A stretch of DNA of 18,042 nt from Octopus sinensis (lineage: Eukaryota): positions 1 to 18,042 of the forward strand of contig NW_021824568.1 of the NCBI RefSeq assembly GCF_006345805.1. The letters are read 5' to 3'. The translations under genes were made by a program, and so were the position numbers. The notes beneath the pieces were generated by a model, which saw only the letters and a list, made by a program, of their open reading frames with translations, did no database searches and was not told the DNA's origin. This document shows, in pieces, positions 7,891-18,042 of this stretch; position 1 is the stretch's first letter, and each line of letters begins with the position of its first letter.

Positions 7891-9745
7891 TGGAAATATG
7901 TGAATATGTGCGTTGGCGCATAGGCAAATGCGAGAATATATTTTGATTCAATCGATACAACTCTATTGTTCCAGAAAGGAAACCAACGTAGAATTTGATA
8001 TATGGAATGGTCCTAGAATCGTCAGTAGAGAACAACACACCGAATTGTGCAGACGAAATTAATATAGATGTGATGACATAGAAAATTGATACAAGTTTGG
8101 AACGCAAGTATGAAGAAGATGATGGCGGACGGGAAGAGAAAAAGGAGAAGAAAAATTATTCCGAGAAATTCTAACATCAAACAGACCAATATTTGGAATA
8201 CAACACAACCAGGAATTATATTTGTTAAAAATGAATCAAAATCGGATAGAATTGTCGATATTGTTCGGAATCAGAAAAAAACGTAGATGTCGCATACATT
8301 AAAAATAGCTGGAAAGAAATATATGAAAATATATCAACAATACTTTTAAACTAGATCCGTTAATGGAATTTATATCAAGTCATCAACATGGCTACCGTCA
8401 AACTGGCGATTTTGGTAAGAATATGTGTTCAACAGACACTGGCACCAGATTCCAGTGATTATTATCCAAAGATTTGGCTTTTGATTATGCTCTTATGTTT
8501 ATCTATCTTCACTTCATACCGTCTCTCTGGTTCGGTATTTTTTTTATTCTTCACCCTTTATCGCTATCTCTTCTTCATTATGAAAGATCAAGCAACAATC
8601 ATTTTCTGTAGCTACTCTTAATTATGTCGTGGTGGGATATCCGTATGAAGCTAGTTTTATAAACCAGTATTCACCAGCGGTTTAAATACAATATTTTTAA
8701 CTGTACACATTTTAAATTACCACCGGTTACATTTCAATGGCCCTTTTTATACGGCCTCATCATTCTACAATAGCCAGATGCCAATATTCCAGTGGCGCCC
8801 TTTAATAACTATACTCGTATATAGAATCAGATCCTCACGTCCATTATATCGTACCTTGACCTGAACATAACTACAGCCCAAACCCAACTCGAAAGAGAAC
8901 AAGCAGCAGGTCTGTATCAGTGTACAGCTGTGTATTAATATACGTATGCCGGCGTGTATATATTTATGCATTTACATGTATTTACATGTATTTACACACA
9001 CTCCCACTCACACATATATCATTCAACAATGTTAGTAGATGAACAATATTCTTAAGGCCGCAATTTACTTACATGCAGCATCTTTCAGAGCCAGTCGCTA
9101 ATTCAGTTCTTAACTAAATGGAAAACCGTTAGTATTTTACAAACAAGTTGTAAAAAGGAAAAAAATAACAGTAATAATGATAGTAGGAGAGACGAAAGAG
9201 AAAAAAAGACAGACATATCATACACATTTATATGTCTGTCTTTTTCCCCCAACTTTCATCTCCCTTACTATTATTATTAGTTAGTTTTTCCCCTTTTAAA
9301 ACTTGCTTGAAATTATCCGATTTTTCCCTATTACCCCATTTGTTTTCTCGCTTATTGTATCTTATTTTAATTTATTTTATTTTATTAAACCTTTTTTATG
9401 TCCTTCCTAAAATTCCTCACACTGGTGAGAATGACAATGCATAAATTTAATAGTAATTACTATGATTATAATTTTTTTCTTACATATTTGTATTGTCCTT
9501 TGAAATGTGCGTATGTATTGAATCCAATTTTGTATTAAATCTAATTTTGATTCAACATCTTTTTCTTCTCCATTCTTTTATACTTGTTTATGGTATATTT
9601 ATACCTATAACGATATTTTTCAGCTACTATTTTCATATTCTTATTACTTGCTCCAGCTGTTTGTTTTTTTATGAATATGATGAATCTTTATTAGAAATCA
9701 TTCTTTCTTTTTGGACCTCTCAAAACGTTTGAATTGTTTTTTCGC

Positions 9746-9792
9746 ATATATATATATATATATATATACGTATATATATATATATATATATA

Positions 9793-9845
<53 letters not shown>

Positions 9846-9871
9846 CATACATACACATGTATATCATTATT

Positions 9872-9910
<39 letters not shown>

Positions 9911-10066
9911 TATAACAAAATGGGATAAGAATGCAAAGCATCCAGACAACTAGATGATACAAAAAGGGACAACAAAACATCCAGATAAACGATATAAAGA
10001 AAACAAGGACGTGTCACTGGAAGTTTTCTATCTTCAGTCAAGAACCAGATTATCCTTGCAATTTCG

Positions 10067-10105
<39 letters not shown>
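9746..10105. repeat. (TA)n tract split by a non-microsatellite insert of about 155 bp (9915-10069)
   Basis: (TA)n at 9746-9914 and 10069-10105 flank a segment with an internal degenerate duplication (CAAAGCATCCAGACA / CAAAACATCCAGATA). Confidence 0.9.
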
Positions 10106-10107
<2 letters not shown>

Positions 10108-10284
10108 TTGAAATTTTGTCTCGAGACTCGAGTTACATTCCACTTTCACCAAAAGATTGTAATGTTTCTCTTTCGCTTGGGTTAGGTGCCTCCACTAAAG
10201 CTTTAGTGTCCACCCCCACCCATTTGTAGGTTACATGCGCAGCAGAGCAGCAAGCCAGAAATGTTTGAATCGTCGCGTATATAA

Positions 10285-10460
<176 letters not shown>

Positions 10461-11563
10461 ATATATACCAGAAAATTGGATGGCCGTTGACTCAGTGGCG
10501 TTCATTCTCCTTGGGGCGAGTCTTGTTTGTGACCCACAGGGTGTCCATGAACCACCCTGCCTATCAAGCTGACTTGGTAGTGTTTCTGGTTTAGTCGGCA
10601 ACAGCCCCCCCCCCCGATGCAACAGGTTGCATTGAGTTAGTTACATGTTACCAGTAGTACTCAAGCTTGATCTGACATATACCCCCTCCTTGAAGTAGAA
10701 AAGTGCTGAATAGAAAATTTCCCCATAAGGTGAAATGTTGGGCACCCACTACGTGAACCTACACCAGGTTTTTTTACTCCGGTTTGGGCCTAGGGTTAGT
10801 TTACATTGCTAATGAATTGAGAAGATGTTACAAATAACATATCTATTGCATTATACCCAGAGATGATGTGAACACCACTTCCTTGTCTTGTTTTATCTTG
10901 AATCTCATGCGTAAACGACTGCTCTGCTATAATTTGGAAGGTTATAGACATACTTTCCATGTAGCCTAATTGATTGCGTATTTGCGGTGGTGATGTGTAT
11001 GAGAGGTGCAGATCAGTTTGAGAAACTACATCTACAGAACTACCTAACGTATTCCTCAATAGACGAGTATTTCTCTTCGAACATTTTCATCTGACTGATC
11101 CAAAAAATGCCATTCAATGACTGCAATAGAAAAATTACTGAGGATTGGACTGTCATACTAACGAAAGTTGCTATTGGTTGATATATTTCTCTTAGGTCCA
11201 AATAGCATTCTATAGTGCTGCGCAGCGGTGGTCGGCTGCAACTTCCACCGCGAGCCATACCCTCGATCAACGAGAACACAAACTTACAACAACCAATACA
11301 GAGCAACTTTTCAAATCAAATGCGGTTAAAGCTTTGCTTTTGACAAACATTGGAAACCTTAGACACGTATTTTGCGTATCTATGAAACTCAAAGTAATGG
11401 TCGTCTAAATCAACAATTCTTCATCTGCAAATATAAACTCTACATGAGATTACTGAGTGCCTTTTTCTTTCTTTCATACACATAAACTTTTACATACACA
11501 CACATACTGATGTCTATGTGAAGTTACCAAATACTAGCTCTAATATAGAATATGAGCCTCACA

Positions 11564-11804
11564 TGATGTCATAGATATAATACGATTCGTTTAACGGCAT
11601 CATGAATATACAACACACATTCTATAATCATGACGTCACATAATAATAATAATCCAGTCGGTGAATGACGCCACGTGTTGAACGAATGACGTCATTACTG
11701 ATTATTATCGCTCTTAATAATGCCCAGATATCAGTTATCTGATTAGAATGGCGCATGCTAATTTCCTTTTAATGAAATGCAATTATCTATTTCCTCAGAC
11801 GTCA
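11564..11804. promoter_or_regulatory. candidate CRE/ATF motif cluster (possible enhancer)
   Basis: TGATGTCA 11564, TGACGTCA 11631, TGACGCCA 11666 overlapping E-box CACGTG 11672, TGACGTCA 11687 (inside the 12-bp palindrome AATGACGTCATT) and AGACGTCA 11797. This is motif evidence only. Confidence 0.4.
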
Positions 11805-11909
11805 CACGATTAACCATCGCTCAAAAACAATTTTTCCGTGAGGTTCTCATCATCTCCTGACAAAAAATTCATTATATGAGACAGTTTGGCTTCAAGACAT
11901 CCTTATGAA

Positions 11910-11964
11910 CATACATACACACATACATACATACATACAATGAGCGTGTGAGTACATGTGTGTG

Positions 11965-12003
<39 letters not shown>
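11910..12003. repeat. (ATAC)n then (TG)n microsatellite
   Basis: Read directly from the sequence. Confidence 0.95.
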
Positions 12004-12006
<3 letters not shown>

Positions 12007-12561
12007 GTATATTAGTTTCTTATTTCAGTAATTTTGATTTTTGTTATTTTCTCATTCAAGATGTTTTGTCACTGTTAAACTTCAAACTTGTTTTTGCACA
12101 GCCATTAAATTATTTTAACAAATTGCTAAGTTGAGGAAACGCTAACAAGAAGATGTTACGACTGCAACGCCATCTATCTTATCTGAATAATATTTTAACT
12201 TCAAATTATAGAAGTGTGTGCTTTACTGCTTTGTTTGTCGAATTGTGTGTCAACAGATGAATAGATTTCATCTTTGCCGTAAAAAAATTGTTCTTTCATT
12301 CGTTTCTTTTTCTCCTTTATTTCTTTTAAATCTGTTTACTTTTTTCTTTTTCATTATGTTCGAAATAATTTTTGCTCATTCATCTTTTATTCTCTATCCC
12401 GATTAATCCCTGTAGTTTTAATGCGGATTATTAATGAGGAGGGAAATAACGGAAGGAAGACAACAACAGAAACAGATAAATCTTGACAAGCCCTGTTAAA
12501 AGCAACTTCACGTCAGTTGCAGTAAGAAGGGATTCAGAGCTAAAATACAACTTGAAAGTAC

Positions 12562-12594
12562 CAGCAGCAGCAGCAGCAGCAGCAACAACAACAG
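12562..12594. repeat. (CAG)7(CAA)3CAG trinucleotide repeat
   Basis: Read directly. The polyGln frame is closed by TGA three codons upstream. Confidence 0.95.
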
Positions 12595-12794
12595 CGAAAT
12601 ATTCTCACGTTTGCAGTTGACAGATTAAATTCATTGGTCGACACTTAGGTCTCGTTTTGTACAGGAAAGGTGAAAGAAGGGAGAACAAACATAACAAACT
12701 ATTTTAGTGAAGGCTTAAAGTTCACGGACAGCCATGTTGTGATTTATGAAAACATGCGAAGTATAACAATTAAAAATCAAACTCTTACATGAAC

Positions 12795-12885
12795 ACACAA
12801 ACATTCATATATGCACACATAATATACATACATGCATACACACACGCACACACACGCACATACATATATATATATTATATATATA
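12795..12885. repeat. degenerate (CA)/(TA) microsatellite
   Basis: Read directly from the sequence. Confidence 0.85.
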
Positions 12886-13344
12886 ATGTTAATCCAAACG
12901 GGAAAACAGAAAAAACAACAACACGTGGAACAATTAAAGTATTATTATTATTAGGCGCTCAGGAAAAAGGATATACATATCCATATACATACATTATTTA
13001 TATATAGAGAGAGATACACAGAGAATGAGAGAGAGAAGAACTGATAGATTATTAGGCAGATAAATAGAGAGGGAACGATAGAGAGTGAGAAAGAGAGAGA
13101 GTTGTTTGTGAGTCGAATAAAACGGCTCATATATTAATAAAGTGGGCACGATATTGTAGTCACATATTACCCACGTAATCGGTTTCATGCCAGGAGTTGA
13201 AATAGTCCTAGCAATCATCAGAAAAGGCTGAAAAGAGAGGGGTTTTTTTTATGAGTGCCGGCATTATATCAGCCCATGAGATAATGAGGCCGATTGAAAT
13301 GAAAATGTCTTTTATTATGAAAATATAAATAAATAAATAACAAC

Positions 13345-13504
<160 letters not shown>

Positions 13505-13922
13505 CAAACACCGTAAAAGATAAATTCTCAATTTATTGAAAGTATCGTCACTTCTATAAAAGATGGAATTACCGTCTGGAAGCTTTAAAGTAGAGGTAGA
13601 GATAATATCAAGAATCAAGAATCTCTAAAATTTACGTCACCAAGAAAAAGATAATCTGATACGTCCGTGCTGATGAAATACATGCGACTGGTTCGCTAAG
13701 TTTTGTTACTAGTGTTTTTTTATTGTATTTATGCAAATTACCTCGACCAGATGGGGTGTTAAAACGACGCCAGAATTCATTTGTCATATAGAAGCTTTTC
13801 AGTATCATAGGTGTAAAATACACAAAGGCAAAAATAGTAGTAGTTGTTGTTACAGCAGTTTTAGAGACGAATATAAAGAGAACGCTCGTTTAGTTTTTCT
13901 ATATGTGACCAGCTTTTACAGT

Positions 13923-14256
13923 AAGGGTAAAGACCCCCTTGGGTCATGAATGACCATGGGATTGCACCTAGAAAGTTACCCTCCTAGACACAAGTCCGGG
14001 CAAGGTTGTTTATGGAAGGCTAGCAGCCGCCCATGCATACCAGTCTCCCCTCTCCATGCCACTAGTGTTATCCAAGGGAAAGACAAAGGTCGATACAGCT
14101 TGGCACCAGTGACGTCGCAACTCATTTCTACAGCTGAGTGAACTGGAGCAACGTGAAATAAAGTGCCTTGCTCAAGAACACAACACGCAGCCCGGTCCGG
14201 GATTCGAGCTCACAACCTCACGATCGTAAGCTCGACGCTCTAACCACTGAGCCATA
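13923..14256 (-). mobile_element. SINE family B, young copy 2 (334 bp)
   Basis: Collinear with 4160-4493 without indels and with 7 substitutions. The flanks are unrelated. Confidence 0.93.
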
Positions 14257-14399
14257 ATTTTGTGGGACGTTAACTGGTTTCAACAGTTAGTACAAAGAAA
14301 CACCCCAATGAATATTTATACAAGTCCCTCCAAGAAAACTGCCGCTTCCGGTCATTTTTCCAAAATTGGAAATGTAATATCTCACACCAATCCATTTAC

Positions 14400-14511
14400 A
14401 TACACAAGCGCGCGCACACACACTTGCGCACACGCACACAGACATACGCATATATGTATACACACACAAAACACATAAAGTTTATATTTATACATATACA
14501 TACATATGTAC

Positions 14512-14552
<41 letters not shown>

Positions 14553-14770
14553 TATATAATATATATATGCATATATACATAAGCATACATATCTTTATTA
14601 TGTATTATATTATATTCTAGTATTTATTATATAATTATACATACATGCATTCATACATACATACATACATACATACGTGTGTGCTTGTGTGTGTGCTTTT
14701 GTGTCCCCTTGTGTGTGTGTTGTGCGTGCGTGTGTAAGTGTGTGTGTGTGTGTGGATGTATTTGCGCGCG
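14400..14770. repeat. compound (CA)/(TA)/(TACA)/(TG) microsatellite block
   Basis: Read directly from the sequence. Confidence 0.93.
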
Positions 14771-15346
14771 TGTGTACATCAATGTTATATATTCAATAGA
14801 AAGCTTGAGTCACTCCATTACATCCATAAACACTCTAACCACCCTAAGACTACCACAACGTATTAAGGTATTACTTCCTCTAAAGAGCAAATTTTCAGCT
14901 AACACTCTCCCTATCAGAACAAATTTAAACTGGCTTCAGCAGGGGACGATGCAAACCTACTGAACTCGACAGGTTGGGACTGCTTTTATCTACTAGTTTT
15001 ATTTCTCAATTACTTCTCCATTCATTCCTTCAGCACCACATTTATTCCATTCGTCCATCACAACCCCAACGAAGGATCCATGAACTTCCATACGATAAAC
15101 TCATAAAGAAGCTAGACACCATTCCACGAGACAAGCAACACTGCGTGTTGTAATTATTTAAGTACGTCGCTTGCCATGAAACATTTACTATTCTCATTGT
15201 AGTTATTTTTATTATTAGTGTCTCACGCCTCCATTAACTTTTAAATCAGTTACTCATTCCCCCAATTCGACCTGGATAGAGAAACAACTTCTCATTGGTT
15301 TCCTGCAACACTTCTTCATAATTACGACAGCGCGTGCTCGTTAGTA

Positions 15347-15579
15347 TCTTATATTTTATATTTTATTTGACCGCGGACATGCTGGAGCACCGCGCTTAAG
15401 TCTTTTAGTCGAATGAATCGACACCCGGTGTCTTATTCTATCGCTCTTTCTTGATGACCAGCTAATATACAGGGACGTAAACACATCAACACTGGTTTTC
15501 AAGCAGTGGTGAAGGACAAACTCACACACACAATCAAACACACACACATGCACGCACACAATACAAATGCGCACGCACG

Positions 15580-15651
<72 letters not shown>

Positions 15652-15804
15652 CACCAGAGGCTTCTTTCAGTTTTCATGAACAAATCCACTCACAAGGCTT
15701 TGTTTAGCCCGAGGCTATATTAGAAGGTACTCACCCAACGTGCCAAGCGATTGAACCGAGAACCATGTTGTTGGGCAGCTACCTCCTTATAACACAGTCC
15801 ATTC
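15347..15804 (-). mobile_element. SINE family A, full length and diverged, with an expanded central (CA)n(TA)n
   Basis: Tail (ATGCTGGAGCACCGC, AGTCGAATGAATCGAC, GGGACGTAAACAC), microsatellite at 15525-15652 and head (GGCTTCTTTCAGTTT...AAATCCACTCACAAGGCTTTG...GAACCATGTTGTTGG). Confidence 0.85.
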
Positions 15805-16201
15805 ATTTGTTTGTGTTACAGTATGTGGAGAGGGGAAGGTAGTAAAACGCCGCACTAAACGACCAGCAACATTTCAGTTACCTCCGGTTATCTCCCTTAA
15901 TCTACCGTATGCAACCCCTGCAATGTATCGTCCAATCGGAAGTCGGTGAAGCATATACCAGCAGTATGAGGGGGAAAAGTGTCAACACCGGAGTCGGGGG
16001 GGCATAGAATTAGACGAGTGAGGGCAATAAGGTTTGTGGCCATGTGCTGAGGCCAAAACTCCAACGAAGGTAAGATTATAGTTCACCCATGAACTGGCGA
16101 CAGAATATATTGATGGTGTTAAGTACCAGTTATGTACCAGGGTTGTTTCAATTACATATAACACATTCCATTCACAATTAGGGTTTAATATAACACCTTT
16201 A

Positions 16202-16729
16202 TTGTTAGACAGATGCTGCTCTGCTGCTGTTGTTGTTGTTGGCGATGGTTGTGCTGGTGGTGGTGGTGGTGGTGCTGCTGCTGCTGCTGGTACTGGTGGT
16301 GATGGTGGATATGGTGATGGTGGTGGTGGTGCTGGTGGTGGTGATGGTGGTGGTGCTGGTGGTGGTGGTGCTGCTGCTGCTGCTGCTGGTACTGGTGGTG
16401 ATGGTGGATATGGTGGTGGTGCTGGTGGTGGTGGTGGATGTGGCGGTGGTGGTGGTGGATGTGGTGGTGGTGGTGGTAGAGATGGTGGATGTGGAGGTGG
16501 TGGTGGCGACGGCGTTGTTGATGATGGTGGATGTGGTGGTGGTATTGGTGGTGGTTGCGGCGGCGGCGGCGCTGGTAGTGGTGGTGGTGGTGGTTGCGGC
16601 GGCGGCGGCGGCGGCGCTGGTAGTGGTGGTGGTGGTGGTGGTGATGGTGGTGATGGTGGTGGTGGTGGTACACAGCTGCAGCAGATGATCTTGCTCATGC
16701 TGTTGCTGATAATGATGATGATGAGATGA
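16202..16729 (+). other. Gly/Ala-rich open frame (175 codons) inside the triplet mosaic; coding status unsupported
   Basis: There is no ATG start (TTG only), and overlapping frames on both strands are also open, as expected for GNT repeats. The motifs AAAAA-GTGGDGGYG x2 and GGCGGGGAGS x2 recur. Confidence 0.15.
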
Positions 16730-17402
16730 TGATGATGTCGATGTAGTTGTTTTTGTCAATGTTGCTGTTGATGTCGGCGTTGCTCTGTTATTGGTGCAGA
16801 CGATGACAGCGATGACGATGACGATGACGACGATGATGATCATGATGATCATGATGGTGACGATGATCATAGTGGTGATGGTGGTGTTGGTGGTAGCTGT
16901 GGTGGTACTTGCACTACTGTAGCTGATACTACAGCTGCTGTTTCAACAGCAGTTATTATAACTCCTACTACTGCTACTACCACCACAACAACCACCACCA
17001 TCACCACCACTACCGACCACTACTACTATTACTGCTACAAACACTACTACTACTACTACTACTACTACTACCACGGTACATCACCACCGCCACCAGAACA
17101 CCCCCCACTACTACTACTACTACTACTCTAGCTATCACTAACACCTTAAGCACCACCACGAACACCACAACAACAACTACGACCACTACTACTATTACCG
17201 CCACCAACACCATCAGTAACACCACCACCAGGATCACCGCTAATGCTACAATTACAACCGCCACTACCACCAAAACCACCACTCTACTACTACGACTACT
17301 ACTACTACTACTATCGCCATTGCAGCTGCAGTAGAGGCATGTGTTGCTGCTGTTGCTACCGCTGCTGTTCTTCTTGTTGTTGTTGTTGTTGTTGTCGTCG
17401 TC
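16213..17402. repeat. trinucleotide mosaic: (GGT/GCT/GAT/GTT)n switching to (ACC/ACT/ACA)n, ending in (GTT)n
   Basis: Read directly. It has internal higher-order duplications with periods of about 99 bp (16265-16415) and about 42 bp (16548-16640). Confidence 0.95.
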
Positions 17403-17535
17403 CAAAATTGTTCATCTTACACATTATGTAATAATAAACTGCTGTCAGTTACTGATAAGATATACTTGCAATCCCACGAGACAGTCATACGTTCAGACTT
17501 TCCAAATAACATAAGAAATCTTCTTCATTCCTTCA

Positions 17536-17604
17536 TTCCTTCCTTCCTTCCTTCCTTCCTTCCTTCCTTCCTTCTTCTTCTTCTTCTTCTTCTTCTTCTT
17601 CTTC

Positions 17605-17636
<32 letters not shown>

Positions 17637-17696
17637 CTTCTTCTTCTTCTTCTTCTTCTTCTTCTTCTTCTTCTTCTTCTGCTTCTTCTGCTTCTC
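17536..17696. repeat. (TTCC)n followed by (TTC)n, about 36-40 units; polypyrimidine tract
   Basis: Read directly; there is one TAC interruption near 17606. Confidence 0.98.
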
Positions 17697-17759
17697 GTTT
17701 CTCCATGGACAAGAAGTAATCCGCGAATCTAGACTTTCTAAGCATGTACACACACTCAC

Positions 17760-17910
17760 TCATATATATAATAGACACATATACATATATATATATATGA
17801 TTATATATTTGATATATATATATATACATAATATATATATATATATATATATTATTATATATATATTATATATATTATATAATTAATTTTATTGTATCGC
17901 ATTTATCTTT

Positions 17911-17989
<79 letters not shown>

Positions 17990-18002
17990 TTATATATTAT
18001 AT

Positions 18003-18034
<32 letters not shown>

Positions 18035-18042
18035 ATATATAT
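17760..18042. repeat. degenerate (TA)n tract running to the window end
   Basis: Read directly from the sequence. Confidence 0.96.

Noticed and set aside
7950-8340. A-rich, purine-skewed stretch with broken frames (possible old LINE ORF)
   Set aside because: I could not identify an endonuclease or RT motif, and every frame has multiple stops.
9412-9435. HTGE, resembling the C2H2 zinc-finger linker
   Set aside because: There are no flanking C-x2-C or H-x3-H residues, and a stop follows within four codons.
10020-10070. Hammerhead-ribozyme-like words on the minus strand (CGAAA...AUC...CUGAAGA)
   Set aside because: A short stem III and an AUC site can be drawn, but stem I and stem II do not pair and the R10.1-Y11.1 pair is absent. 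RNAMotif or Infernal on the family consensus would settle it.
10118-10133. Overlapping short palindromes GTCTCGAGAC / ACTCGAGT (also 3033-3044 and 10617-10632)
   Set aside because: Arms of 4-7 bp are within chance expectation.
12562-12594. PolyQ exon
   Set aside because: There is an in-frame TGA just upstream and no convincing acceptor between it and the repeat.
13731-13738. Isolated octamer ATGCAAAT (and single AP-1 sites at 10488 and about 14794)
   Set aside because: Single 7-8 bp motifs are expected by chance in AT-rich DNA, and they are not clustered.

Overview
Eukaryotic, AT-rich, repeat-dominated non-coding DNA (intronic or intergenic). The tRNA-headed SINE families match sequences I recall from Octopus genomes, so a coleoid cephalopod (probably Octopus) origin is likely. 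That assignment is from memory and needs a BLAST/Dfam check. The only protein I recognise is a decayed, 5'-truncated mariner (DD34D, Hsmar1/SETMAR-like) transposase at about 1201-1975 on the minus strand. The rest is at least four tRNA-derived SINE families (called A-D here; about 10 full or partial copies, one nested) and many microsatellites. Most ORFs in the supplied track are artefacts of these repeats. I see no intact gene, RNA gene, CRISPR array or prokaryotic system, and no well-supported novel biological system. The best leads are: (i) a tight CRE/ATF motif cluster at 11564-11804; (ii) a speculative plus-strand two-exon model (8388-8414 + 11196-11393) giving a signal-peptide-like N-terminus; (iii) SINE architecture (tail swapping, a 5'-inverted copy, a 98%-identical young pair, inverted pairs able to form dsRNA); (iv) a 1.2 kb phase-locked trinucleotide mosaic that flips strand polarity and contains a Gly/Ala-rich ORF; (v) two unexplained inverted repeats at 2356-2510.
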